From NCBI RefSeq assembly GCF_009914755.1, contig NC_060928.1: DNA of 64,000 nucleotides, one strand, 5' to 3'. This DNA is from the human T2T-CHM13v2.0 reference genome, Homo sapiens. Positions 50,341-63,923 of this stretch are shown one piece after another. The notes under the pieces are model-generated. The model did not search any database, was not told the DNA's origin, and saw nothing but the letters and a program-made list of their open reading frames with translations. Made by a program: the position numbers and the translations under genes. Numbering within the stretch: position 1 is the first letter of the stretch; every line of letters starts with the position of its first letter.

Positions 50341-53300
50341 CAGGTACAGATCATCTGTTCCTCCATCTTTGTATGTACAGTATATTAATTGCATACTGGG
50401 CATTGTGGATTTTACATTATTTGATGCTAGGTACTTCTGTATTCCTTTGAAGAATTATGCCCTTTGTCTTGAAATGTAGACAAGTTATTGGGAATCAGTT
50501 ATAAATTTCTGACGCTTGTTTTAAAGCTATGTTTGGTGATGTCCAGAGCAGCCTCAAGCATAGGTCTAAGTTGCCCCTACAACTTTGCCCAATAACCTAT
50601 ATATTATAAGGTTTCTGTACTCTGGCTGATAGGAAACTTGAACTATTTCCAATCTTGTGTGAGTTCTGGTAATTCTTCCTTTGGTGCTTCAAATAAATCT
50701 CCTATTTCTCCCATTTAGCCACAGCAGATTCCATAACATTGTAAATGAAAACAGAACAATTATTGCAGGGATTATGTAAGTAAGAGAATATGAATTATAA
50801 AAGACATTGAAAGTCAAGCCAAACTGCCAGTTACAATTTGATTTAAGAGTAAAAATAGAATTATTCATTTTGAAATGGTGATATATACAGGGAATAAATT
50901 CCGAGGTGAAGTAATATGTTCCATGTCTTCAAAAAAAAAGAAAATCTAGAAATAGGGAGTCCGACAAGGTATTTGATTAAGTAATCTAGGAGTTACTCAA
51001 TAGAGGTAAGCACAGAGCAGTATGAAGAGCAAAAAAAGGGTCAATATCAGCAACATTTGGAAGGAAGAAATTATTTGGAAGAAAAAGTGTGGCGGCAAAC
51101 TGGATAGAATAATGTTAGGAAAAGGAAGGTAGGAGTCAGAGATTGCTCCAAAATTTCTAACAGGGTGGTACTAAAAGCAAGGAGCAAAGAAAAATAGCTT
51201 CAAGTGGGAGAGATGAGTAAGTTTGGGACTTTTTTTTATGATGAAGGCAGCACATCCAAACAGCAATATCTTGGAGGCCATTGAGATATAATGTACTATT
51301 TCGCAGATAACCGATCTGGGCAAGGAACATAAGTCTGAAAGAAAAGATACTGTCAATATGGATTAGTTCAGTTGTTTTACAAATGTATTACTATTCAAAA
51401 TTCTATTATCATGTCACTCTTACATTACTAAAAGGAAAACTAATAATTACATTTATTTTAGATTTTGAATGCCTTTTGGTTTCTAGATTTGAAAAAGGAA
51501 TTACTAATATTGTAACAATGGTACAGGAAGCTGGTCTTCTGCATAATTACTTACACAAGTATTGGAAGCCTCACATAAAATGTTGTGTTTGAGGGAACTC
51601 CAGTCCATATTCTTTACCAGAATTTTGGCTAACCTTTAGATAAACAAGCCTCCAAATTTTTCACTAGTCACCACCAGCAGTTGCCAGGTTAATGCATTCA
51701 TTTCCTTTCCATGGCACATTTCCCAAAGAATATGAGCCTTTTGTATTTTGAGGAAAGATTTCATACAGCAGAAATAGGCTCTAAAAACACAACAAATTAT
51801 TTTTTTGTTCATTTCATGAAAAAGACAATTACCAGGATACATCTCACAACTGTCTATTCTCTATAAACAATATCCTAGGGTAGCAAACAATTCAATGTTG
51901 CTTCTCTAATTATTAAGCGAAGACATAAATTATTGTATTCTAGGGGATGTTAGAAATCACCTACTCCAAATGGTTTATATGTAGATATAGAAATCATTTG
52001 TATGAAATGATATAGTTACCTGTCCAGATTAGTGGCATATTTAGAACAAAAATTAAATTTCTTGTTCAACTCAGTGCTACTTGCTGTACCATTAGCTCTG
52101 CTCTTTTGAAAACATTTCTAAAATCCTTTTAAGATAGGAAGATGCCAATCAAGCATGATTTCTTTGATTTATTCACCTTAAATGTCAGTATCTTATGTTG
52201 TCCTGGTTTCCTGTTACACTCATCTCCAGCCAGCCTACAATGATTCAGTGGATTTCACAACACATCTGAAATAAGCATTTTGCTTATATCTCTTTTGTTA
52301 CTACATGCCTTGAATCTGATTATGAGATAAACTTCTAGTTCACATGGCTGTGAATAATAACAAAGTGAATTTTCCTCCACTGTAAATTGGTGGGAAAAGT
52401 TAAAAATCTGATTTGTGACTAATCATATTTAGCTTATCCTTGTTGATCCCAACCTACAAATGACATTTATTCCAAAATTTTGCAAGCTGGCTACAGAAAC
52501 GTTTATTGTGTTTTCCCGACAATGTTCATGTGGCAGTTAGGTAGATTTTATAATACTATTATTTCTACAGAGAGAGAGAGAAAGAGAAAGGAGAGAGGAG
52601 AGAACATACACGTATTTGTGTATGTGTGTGTTAATTTTAAGAGCAAACTGATAACTAAAATATATTTATAGTACTGGTTTTATGTAAAAAAAATTTATAA
52701 ATTCTAATATTTGTTGCCGATCATATCTCTTCCCCAACTCTAATGGTGAGAGGGAGACTTTGCTGCCCCTGTCCAGGCACAGGTTGCACAGTAGTGGCTC
52801 CAATAGAGGAAGGCATGGGAGGGAGGGAAGAGAGGCTGATGAAATGTGACAGCAGTGTTTGGGCTGCTTCAATGGCAGCTGCTGCATCAGAAGTTCCGGG
52901 TTCAGGGAAGTGGGTGTTGAGGGCATAGGTTCTATTTATAAGGTTCATCTCTGAGGATGTTAAGTGGCATTGAAAGATCTGTAGACTGTGATGGTGGCTG
53001 AGATGTCCAGCAGAAGCAAGAGCCCCTTTATCAATGAGAAGGGTGAAAGAAAAGCCCCCCAGAACAGCAAGTATAACTTGCTGGGTTTGTAAGTTATGTG
53101 GACAAAATCCAGGAAGTGTCTGTAGTTTCCACAATTTGGCACTGAACCCACAACCCTATGGACCTGAATTTCTTTTCTTCTTACTATTTTAGTAAACACC
53201 CATTTAGTTCTAAATATTAGTTCTAAAGCATGCTGCAAGTTGAGCAAATTACCAAACAGAATATTCCTAATTAGAAAGATTTCCAGATCCCACAATTCAG

Positions 53301-55214
53301 GTTATAATACAATGTATTATGTCAGTATTTCAGCCTCCATATGCTTTAATAGCCACGTTGAATTAACACACAGCCCTCTAATTCAACTCATAGAACAAAT
53401 GTGGTACAAGAAGTTCAAGGATTTAGCCTCTGGTCATAATCATGTCTAAGGCAGAAATGCAGTCATCTGCACATTATAATTCAAGTGTATAGAATTTTCT
53501 ATTATAGTTTCAGGCTATTGAAATGTTTTTCATTTGGAACTCTTAGTATGAGATCCTCAGGTAAAGTTGAATTATCCATTACTTAGACAGTTATTTTATT
53601 TTCCAAACTGCATAAGCAACTGGTTTTCTTTTGAGTCCATGACTCACAAATTCAATATGTTTGGATCATTTTATTATGAAGTGAACATTATTTTCTATCA
53701 TTTTAATTCAGATTTATCTGGTACACATAGACTCAGGGCATCAAATTTATTAAAATGAAATACATTAAGTGTAAATTATTCCAGGCCATGTTTGATACTA
53801 CTGTGTATAGATCACCATCCAGATAGAATCAAAGAGAGCACTAATTTTTTTTTACATAGATCCAAGTCCCTCATGTGTCAAAAGTCAGATACATACCTCA
53901 CATCATTTGCACAAGCAAGGCTTTGCCCCCAGTATATATGGGTTTGCTTGGATACCCTACCCAGCTCCATAATGTAGGCTACAAACATTAGTTCTTATAA
54001 TTCTCTAAGAACTATCTGACCTGTTTTAAAAATTCTTAGTGAAAATCTAGAGCTGCAACCTCCTCTATGCAAAGTACTACTCCTGTATGGTACATTCTTC
54101 CCACCTCCACTAAAGGATCTCCCATTGAAGTTTTGTCTACTCTTGTATGCCCCTTTTCAAAGGTACAGGGAAAGACAAATAATCCTGATGAGAACACTTT
54201 CCTGAGAAACAGTCATACTGAGGATTAGTCAATATCCGTTAGACTAATATGGAACTAGACCACCAGCTCCTCACTTTGAATGTGACTCACCTATCTCCCC
54301 TTCATTGAATACATGCTATATCCTATTCAAGATGGAAACATTTCCTCACTGAACCAAATGGAACATTGAACCAAAGTTAAGCAAAGCAGTAGGGATGGGG
54401 TCAGGTAGGGCCAGATTGTAGTGTCAGCATACCTGACCTGCTTCATTATACTTCACTGTACAAGGGGCAGAAGCTCATGACTGAAGTCTTTATAAGATGT
54501 CCACCTCTGATTCTCCTTAGGTCTTCAGAGGATAAGGCACATGGGTGCTCTTTCGTCTTCTAATTCTAGATCCTTCTCCTACTTTCCTTCTCTTCATGTA
54601 TATTGCTTTTAGCTCTTTTACATGTGCTATCCCTGAGCCAGCCTATTCTAAGACATGCTGCCTTTTACTATAATATATTAATGTCTCAACCTCCAGTTTA
54701 TTTTAGTTGCTTACATGTAATGTCCAGAATTTCTCTGAATCTCAGTGACCACTTCCTGCAACTGGAAGGGGTAAGCTCTGGTCTCTGTTTCTACCTTCTG
54801 GGGTGCATGTGGAGTATTTAGAAAGGGAGAGTTCAGATGTGGATAAAGTAAGGGTGAGGATTTTTATTCTGGACTATGTCTTATTTTCTAAAAGCAACTA
54901 AAATTAAGCCAAATTTGCCACTAAAAATACTATTCTCTTATTCAGGGTTACTCAACACAGTACTTGTGAAAAGCACACATTCCTTCTTTTAACCTGCCTT
55001 TTATTCTAGTCTTTGTAAACGAAGAATCATTTTCTTATTTGCTAAATGCATGTTTGTTGCCTTCTAGTCTAAGTTTTTGTAGCGTTTCCCACACATTAAT
55101 TGCCAAAGCCAAGCACCAAGCCCAGTTCTCATATTCTTAATCCCCAATAGGTTTGGGGAGAACAGTTCGGTATACTCTCGACACATCATTTATTACTTTA
55201 TTTTCAAAATTGAT

Positions 55215-56215
55215 ATCATGATCCTCCTGTGTCTTGGGCATAGTATTAAGTGATTTGATAAAGATAAATAAGACACAATTCCTTCCCTCAAGGAACTCAT
55301 TGTTTTGGAGAAAGCCAGACTTAGACAATTACAAAATGATTTGGAAATGCAATGAGATAGATATGTTCAGTGTGTTTTTCAAGTACAGAGGAGAACATAG
55401 AAGGAATTAGTGTGGGGAGAGAGGCAAGAGTTCCTAGAGGAAGTGCTGAGAGAGCTAATTTTTAAAGAATGTATAGACATTTCCAGCCTTGAAAGACAGG
55501 GGAATGGCATTTAGGCAGAGAGGAGAGCATGAACAAGGGCATAAAACTGAAAAACGGCAGGTATATGAAAGGGAAACTATCAGTAGTTCAGGGTTGCTTT
55601 AGCATAGATCTGAGTAGGAGCAGTAAGACATGAAGGGCCATGTAAAAGCAGTAGGACAAGAAGTTTAGAATTTATACTATAGGTGATTGTGACTCATTCA
55701 AAGAAATTTGTCCCGGGAGATAATCTGGTTAAATCTGTGTGTGCAAAACACCCCTGGAGGCTGTGCAGAAGTCAGATTGAGTAGATATGAGAAGGGAGAC
55801 AAGGAGACAAATAAACAAGCTGCTGCTGAGGGCCTGAACTAGAGCAGTGGTGGAAGCAAGCCGATAAAGGGCCAATATATGAGAAATATTTATGGAGGGA
55901 ATCTGGTGGTGAATGAATGAAAATGGGATATGATGAGAGGAAAGAGTCAAGCACAATTCCGAGTCTAAAACATGGATGTCTCAAAAAACAGAGGTACCAA
56001 AAAATGTAAGATAGAAAATTCAGGGTTCAGGGGGAAGATCAAGGACTCAGTTCTGTATATGTTGAGTTTAAAGTGCCTGTGGAACATGTAGGCTACAGTA
56101 GATAGATGTATACGTCTGAATCTATGAGATGTCTGGACAGGGAAAAAGAACATGGAAATTATATGAATATAAATAATAACTAAAACAATGACAGAAGTTG
56201 AAGTTATCCAAGGAG
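55215..56215 (-). mobile_element. L2 LINE 3' region
   Basis: aataagacacaattccttccctcaaggaactca, gggcctgaactagagcagtgg, tgttgagtttaaagtgcctgtggaacat. Confidence 0.7.
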
Positions 56216-57844
56216 GTTGTTCTTTCTACCATTAGCCTTAATATATTGTTCTTTTTATAGGAGTGGTGACTCTGTTCACTGTTTTTGAGAAATTGCTATT
56301 AATATTATTATTTTGTATGTATGTGGATTGCACCCTTGTTTAGATATATGGTTGGGAGATAAGCTTTTACTTGCAAACTAAAACATACAAAGGTAAGAAA
56401 ACAGGTAAAATCTTTTCATGGTTTTATGACTAAAAACTTGAAGGATAATTTTCAATGTTGTTCTTCAAAGTAAAACACTAGCTTACAGTTTGCAGACTCA
56501 TTCTATGTCAATTATTGCTGTCCCAGATAAAAACCTCAAGGACAGTCTGTTTTTCAAAATAATTTCTAGTTTATACTCCAACATTTTCATGTAACCTTAC
56601 AAAGCATATCATGTTCAGACAGATACTTAGACCCAAAATAAAACTAGATATTTATTTTATCTACATGATATACATGTTACAATAAAGGGTTTTCTATTTC
56701 CCCTAATTAAAAAGAAGCACTCTTTCTTTTTTTGGATTTAAAAGTAATGCATACTCATTGTGGAAAATATGTTGACTATGAAGAATATAAGGTATAAACA
56801 AGAAAACTGAAATCACTTTGAATGCTCCCAACTAAAAATCTTAAAGTGTTATAAATGTTAAAATGTTATAAAATATAAATATAAAATATTAGTATAAATA
56901 TTTTAAAATATTATAAATATAATCTATACATACATATATAATATCTACTAATACTCTACCTATAATATATACATTTTACATATATTTGAAAGAGAGAATG
57001 ATAAGCGATCAGCTATTGGGCAAAATTGTGTTCACTGTAGGTCAATATGTGCTATGTAATCAGCTCTACATGCTGGCTATTTGCTAAACAAAGGCAAGAA
57101 CTGTAAAATGTTTACATTTAGATAATCTGCTCCAAGGGGGAACATTTGCTAGCTCAAGGAGGGATTCCTTCATGGTTGTTACGGGCTTTGCCTTCAAAGG
57201 GCTTCTGCTAACACAATAGTTCACCCACAGCCAGGAAGAGGAGGAGGTTACTAATACTCTGAGACCTCACCCCAGTTTGTGGAGTTAGAGTTGAATCCAT
57301 CTGAGTTCCAAAAATTTTGTGCAATTCACATACACACCCTGTGAACCTCTCACTACACTTTCCATTTTTCCTTCCACTGCATCCTTTCACTTTTGCCTTT
57401 CATTGTCGTCTCTCAGTGTATATATAAAAAGGCATTTTGAGCACATATATGCCAGTAGGCCAAGATGAAGAACTTATTTGTCCATTTTCACTGTGATGTT
57501 ACTACAAGGAAAAGTATTCTCAAACATGAAAATGACTAGTAGCCAACTGTATGTGTGTGTGCATGAATATGTTTATTTGCTGTCCTACTGTATATCCATA
57601 ACTCTACATCCTATTATATTATGAGCACATTATCTTCTCTCTTAAAAGTCTTCATGAATTTCAGTTACGATAGCTGCCACTATGGTGCTAGTATTTAATT
57701 AACAAATTTTCATTAATTGAACATCATTTCAAAATCATTTTGTTGCCCTCTAGGGCTCTTTGTCTTTCCTTGGTTGAAGTATCAGGACTCCTAGAAATCA
57801 TGGACCTCATTTGAATTCTGAGTTGTGAAAACCATCCATTTTAA

Positions 57845-58185
57845 AAATTATGAGACAATTGGGGAAATTTGAACACTAACTGGGTATTTGAGGCTATTGA
57901 GGAATTATTGTAATTTTAAGGTATTATATTAAAACTATAGTTATATATTTTTTAAAGAGCCATCGTTTAGAGATCCATTATGAAGTCTTTTTCAGATGAA
58001 ATGATTTGATATCTGAGATTTGTAAGCTTTGAAATGATCTCATTGATGAGAGTGAGTTTGCAGGAAGGGAGAGATGAAACTGATGGGCATTTGTGAATAA
58101 CAGTTGATTCTAGAAGATGGTGACATGGGGTATCATTTTGCTCTCTACTTTTGAATGTTTGAAATGTTCCATGAAACATTTTTTA
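57845..58185 (+). mobile_element. L1ME-type 3' UTR fragment
   Basis: gagacaattggggaaatttgaacact...tctctacttttgaatgtttgaaatgttccat. Confidence 0.65.
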
Positions 58186-58556
58186 AAGGAGAAGAAAGGG
58201 GTGAGTGACCTGAATCTCTAAATAAATACACTAGGCAAATATTTTGTGAAACTTTTGTTCACATTTATCCAGAGAAGTCCCCTTTACTGTTTTCTATTCT
58301 TTTCTATTTCATATTTTACTTTTGGCTATGGCCCACTAAATTGATCTTACAGTTCAAAAAAAGACCACAGTATCTGCTGTTTTAAAATCACTGTTCTCTC
58401 CAGGTTCTACCTCTTGTTCACCTTCATTGCTGTTACTTGTGGCAGACCAAGTTGAAGTCAGAATTTGGCCTCCTGATTATTTACAATGGGAATTTGGACC
58501 ACTTTAGGCTAATTCCAAACCATTGCTATAATACATAATCGTGTGACAATTCATTA

Positions 58557-58607
<51 letters not shown>
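58557..58607. repeat. Compound (TG)n(TA)n microsatellite
   Basis: Direct read. Confidence 0.95.
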
Positions 58608-58609
<2 letters not shown>

Positions 58610-59859
58610 GTGTCTGTAATTTCTAGAAGTGGAATTGCTCAATCATTTATAAGTTACAATTATAATAATTTATAATATTTATGAGTACTTATAAAGCTTG
58701 TTATGCACATTGCCAAATTGCTTTCCAAGGTGTATAACTTGTATTTTCACAAGCTATAGATGAGAATGCTTATCTCACTGCACTCTAGCTCTATCAGCTA
58801 GAGTGTTATAAGTATTATACTCTTTCTTATTATTATCAATTTTAAAAGACAAAATCATTTTATTTTACTCACATTTCTTTTATTATTAGCAATGCTTATG
58901 CTTATTACAAATCTTTTTTGGCTATTATTTTATTTTCTGTGATCTATCTAATCTTGTCTTCCCCCAGTGTTTCAAGTTGGGGTCATTGAAATGTTTTAAA
59001 TTACTTTATAGAAGAGCTTTATATTTCAAGGACATTTATGGCACACATTTTCCCTATTTGTTGTTTGATTTTATTTTTATTTATGACTTCTCTTGACATA
59101 AAGTTTTATTTTTTAATTGTTATGAAGGTAAACTGATCTTGTTTCCTTTAGGGTTTCTCTCATTGCTCTTAAGCTTACTATGTCCCTCAATATGTGCCAG
59201 TAACCTACCTATTCTCCCTTTCATTGCTTGTTGAAGCTTTCTAATTTTCATAATGCTTTCACTCTTAATCTTCTTCTTCTGTCTTTCCTGAACAAAATAT
59301 TCTTGCTGTATCTTCCTAGGGTTCATCATCATTATTAATTTCCAATGTGTGTCAAAACCATATCTTACCTGCTTCTTAAGAGTGAAACAATGGATTTTTA
59401 AATGCAACATGATTTACGCTACTACAATGATCTCTGCTATTTAGTCTCCAGTGGGGTGTCTGATGCTTCTGTCACACTGACCAAGAGAGTTATGCTTTGT
59501 AGGAGCAAAAAAAGATTGCTGAGTATATGATGTGGTTGAAAGACTGTCAGGAAACTTTTTCACTTCCTACTCAAAATATTAATATTTCCTCTTAAAAGTG
59601 ACAACCCATACACCTGCAATTATAGAGATATATGATACTGACAAATGAAAGAGGAGGCAGATTATTTGGTACAAGTGTATAAGTGTCTAAAAATGTCCTG
59701 ACCTCAATCTCTTAGTGAAAAAAAAGACTAAAGATGAAAGAAGGTAAAAGACAAAAGAGCAAAAGAGAAGCTGATGCTGAAGATGAATGTCAAGTCACAA
59801 GACTCATGCCAGTCTCGTGGTAATGAAGGAATAGTTTATTATAATTAGAATAATTGTGA

Positions 59860-60690
59860 TGAACATTTATTGGAACTGGCCAAGTGCCAAGGTGCTGCAG
59901 TAAGTTCTAGAAATAGTCCAATAAGGTGTTGTTCCTACCCTTATGGGGCTCACAGCCTAGTTGAAATGACAGAATGTGAATCAGTTATTACAGAACAGAA
60001 CTTTAGTTTCTACAGTAGATTATCCATTTGTTCCAGAACTTGGAATATAAATTAGTCTTGTGGTTGTAGTTTCCCATGGGAAGTATTGCATGATATGATA
60101 TTTGAAGGATGTGCAGAACTTAGCTAGATGAAAAACAATGCAATGTGGAGATAGTAGTCCAGGCAAAGAAAACAGTATGCTCCCAGGTAGGAGGCACTAG
60201 CAGAGCCTGAAATGGCATGTTTAGAGAAATGCACATAGTAGAAAAAGCTCAAGAAAAATATGAAGTTTGGAGTGCATGATGTGACTAGAGAGATGGCTTC
60301 CAGGTTTGGAGGAGTTTGTGTGCTAAGCTACAGAGTGTGTCAGGAAAGCCATCGATGTTAGGAAAGTACTGTAAGCAGGGATATAATATCTTATGTGATA
60401 TGTTTTGAGATAATTGTGATTGCAAGAGGATGATGGATGAGAAGGGATGCAGACCAAAGGTGACAGGGGTGGGAGAGACTGATTGTGAAGCTATTGTATT
60501 AATTCAGGCAAGAATTGATGTACAATGAAATATTTGGGGAGAAGTAAATAGACATGAGAGAGATTAAAGAGATGGAATCTGTAAGACGTGATGAAAGACA
60601 AGATGCATGGAGAAGGAGAGGGAACAACCTAGGATAATCCACATTTCTAGCTTGGATTCCTGGGGAAGATGGCAGTGTTACTTACTGATG
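59860..60690 (-). mobile_element. L2 LINE 3' region
   Basis: aacatttattggaac...gtgccaagg...cccttatggggctcacagcctag; gaagctattgtattaattcaggcaaga. Confidence 0.7.
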
Positions 60691-61468
60691 ACTCATATTC
60701 ATCAAATTATGACTCACAAACATGATAAGACATTGCTTCTTTCTGTTTCACTATAAAAAATGTCAATAGAGGGAGGAAAATAATCAGTTGCAAAAGAAAA
60801 TTTGAGAGTACAATGGAAAGAGTTCTGATATAGGAATTTATGGAGCAATTATAAGGCAATGGTCTCACTTGCAAATATAAAACATTGAACATTTTATTAT
60901 TTGAATTAAGAAGACCTTCAAAAGGAGATATGTCAGATGGCAAAGACTAGCTGGTCGAACAGCTGTACTTATTTCACCTGAATGTTTCCTCTTCTTGATT
61001 CTTACTACCATCACCATAACAGGCTGCAACAAATAACTGCTCTCATTTCAGTTCTGGCCCAGGATAAACCAGCACATATTTCCTTGGTTTAGCTCTTTGC
61101 AGTTCAGATAGACATACATATTTTCCATATCATGTACAGAAATACAAAATTGCTTAGTGAAAAGTCAAAGGCTATGAAGCTTTTAGTTTCTCTTTTTGCC
61201 TAAGGCTGTTTTTCTATGTGGATTCAACACTAATTTAGTTTGTGTTGTTTCAGTGTTATATTTTTGTTATTTCTCCCTGATTACATTATAATTATAACTT
61301 ATATTCCTGATTCCCCAACCTTAAGTACAAAATGAGGTCAAATTCCTTTCAATATTCAAAATAAATTCTGAGCCTCTGGTCCATCCCAACATCCCAAGTA
61401 TCCTAAAATGTTTATTTCCTCTTCAACATGCTCCCTTAAGGTAACACCAAGACCCCTCCAAGGTCTAA

Positions 61469-62006
61469 TATATTGGTTTCCTACTGCTAAGTCACAAATT
61501 ACTACAAATTTAGTGGCTTAAAATGACACTCATTTATCCCGTCACAGTTCTGTGTGTCAGAAGTCCAGAACAGTGTGGCTGGATTCTCAGTTCAGGGTCT
61601 CACAAGGCTGAAATCAAGGTGTTGGCAGAGCTGCATTTCTTTCCGGATGCTCTGGGGAGGAATCTGCTCCTAAATTCATTTAGATTCTTGGCAAAATCTA
61701 GTTCCTTCTGGCTATTGGACTGAGTCCCATGGCCCCTGTATCTGAAAGCCAGCAACAGTGTCTTAAATCCTTCTCATGCTTTGAATTTCCCCTACTTCTT
61801 CTGCCTTCCTCTGCGGCTTTTAAGAGTTCAAGTCATTACATTGTGCCTACCTGAATAATCCAGAATAATCTTCCCATTTTAAGGTCAAATCACTAGTAAA
61901 CTGACAAAGTCAGCAAAGTCCTTTTTACCAAAGCACATAACATACTTGTGAATGCAATGACAGAAGGGATAGATCACAGGTGATATTTTCAATTCTACCT
62001 ACCACA
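61469..62006 (-). mobile_element. MaLR solo LTR, MLT1E/F-like
   Basis: acaaatttagtggcttaaaa...ggtctcacaaggctgaaatcaaggtgttggc...aattctacctaccaca. Confidence 0.8.
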
Positions 62007-63180
62007 TCTATCAGCACTACCACTTAAACTTGATAACGTATCCACCAAAGTAAATTCCTGTCCACTTAAGAAAGTTACTTTAATGACCTGGTGCTCCACT
62101 GCTAACTTGATGATCTCTCTCCAGATACAGCAACAGAGAAGGAAGCGTCTCTCCCCCAGCGTTCTGTTCTGTTTCTTCATCATAGTTCCAAGCTGCTTAA
62201 ACCTAGGTTCACAGTACTCATTTATAATATTGTGCTCTTTAGCTGCACGTCTCTTTTTAGTTTTCACACATTCAGAGCCATTTCACCACAGGCACAGCCA
62301 CAGTGTCTGAGCCTGAAAGAGTGGCCAGTATCTCTCACAACAAACCTATACTCCTGAATTTTCTAGCTGATACCTAGGACCCAAGCCCAACTATGGTTTT
62401 CTCTCCCATTATACTGATTTCTTTTAATGAAAATTCTTATTTTGTCATGTCCAGTCATGACTGGAAAATTACTATTCTAGAAAAGTCTAGAAATTTATCC
62501 ACAGATATGAAGGAAAAGTATGGTGATTATAAAGCAGAATTTCTGACTACTCACAGAAAGATCAATAAAGCTAAAGAGCATCTCAATATTCATAATGTAA
62601 AAGTGAGGGATGAGGTTGCAATGGCTCAAGATATTTTCATAGTCGTAAAATTTGAGTTGCCAAGACCTTGCAGGAAGGAGAGAATATATTAAGCCAAATA
62701 ATGTTTGTTTTTTTTAAAGAACAGAATTTTAATCTTATAATTCCAGTACTAACAGCAAAGATTACTTATCCATAAAATCTCTTTAGTCTAAGATAAATGT
62801 ACACTAGTCCCTAAAAGGACAGTTACCAATAACAGCTACCAAATTTTGGTGTTCATTTTACCATTCCTTTCCTGCATTTGACAATGGGTATCTTCCCATT
62901 ATTTTTTCATACCTCATATTCCGTTCTGTCCTCATAGTATTATTCTATCATAACTCTCCTTGTATGTTTGTGTGCAAATCTCTGTCTTCTTCTCAGGACC
63001 TTACACATTTCTTCAATGATGATGTTCCATAAAGTCTCTTCACAGTGCACTATTTTTCTAATTCCCATCAAATCAGTAGAACAAAAGGTCAGACATGCTT
63101 GAGAAAAATTTCCGTTCATAGAAACTGCAGACACTGACAAGGTGTTTCTTTCTAACATTTCTAAGTGGTAGTATCAGTTC

Positions 63181-63541
63181 CCATCCAGTCTCTATGGCAA
63201 TGCTACCCATCCAGTCTCTATGGCAACACTACCCATCCAGTATCTATGGCACCATTATCCATCCAGTCTCTATAGCACCACTATCTATCCAATCTCTATG
63301 GCACCACTACTCATCCGGTCTCTGGCACCACTACCCATCCAGTCTCTATGGCACCATTATCCCTCTGGTCTCTACTACCCATCCAGTCTCTATGACACCA
63401 CTATCCCTCCAGTCTCTGTAGCACCACTATCCCTCCAGTCTCTGTGGCACCACTATCCATCCAGTCTCTATGGCACCACTATACATCCAGTCTCTATGGC
63501 ATCACTATCTATCCAGTCTCTATGGTACCCATCCAGTCTCT
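63181..63541. repeat. 26-bp minisatellite, ~14 copies, consensus CCATCCAGTCTCTATGGCACCACTAY
   Basis: 11 full 26-bp units plus 24-, 18-, 20- and 13-bp partial units, totalling 361 bp. Confidence 0.95.
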
Positions 63542-63920
63542 GAAGCTAGGAACCTAAGGGTCATCTGCAACACTGCTCAATAATGAATTCTATAATTGCT
63601 ATCTTCTATATATTTCCTAAAATTATCTCATTTTCTCCAACTCCATAATGTACAATCATTTTTCCATTCTAGCCTGGGTTAATGAGACAGATTCTAAACT
63701 GGTCCCCTGACTTCCAACTCTCTCTGCCTCCTGCCCCTTCAATCAATTCATCACCCATTGCCAGGATGGACCAGGAACTGCATATCTGGGCATATCTCTT
63801 TTCTGCTTACACCCTCAGATGCCCTTATTACCTGCAGAATAAAGTTCATATTGTTTGATGTGGTAAACAAGGCCTTCTGAGATCTGTTCTGTGGGTATGT
63901 CTCCAGTCTCATTTCTTATA
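63542..63920 (+). mobile_element. L2 LINE fragment
   Basis: aagctaggaacctaagggtcatc...ctaaactggtcccctgacttcca...agaataaagttca...caaggccttctgagatctg. Confidence 0.7.
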
Positions 63921-63923
63921 CAC

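Larger units (their letters stand above)
47735..50690 (-). mobile_element. Old L1MC/MD element in pieces (3' UTR, ORF2 and ORF1 remnants), hosting MER20 and an Alu
   Basis: Antisense 3' end tttgaagtataatctacatacaatgaaatt...aagtgtacaattc, followed by antisense ORF remnants. Confidence 0.65.

Noticed and set aside
58781-58805. 10-bp-arm hairpin CACTCTAGCT/AGCTAGAGTG
   Set aside because: Short, inside an old L1 remnant, and compatible with chance in 64 kb.
63181-63541. CRISPR-like array or repeat protein
   Set aside because: Head-to-tail units with no unique spacers, in human DNA. The 26-bp period is not a multiple of 3.
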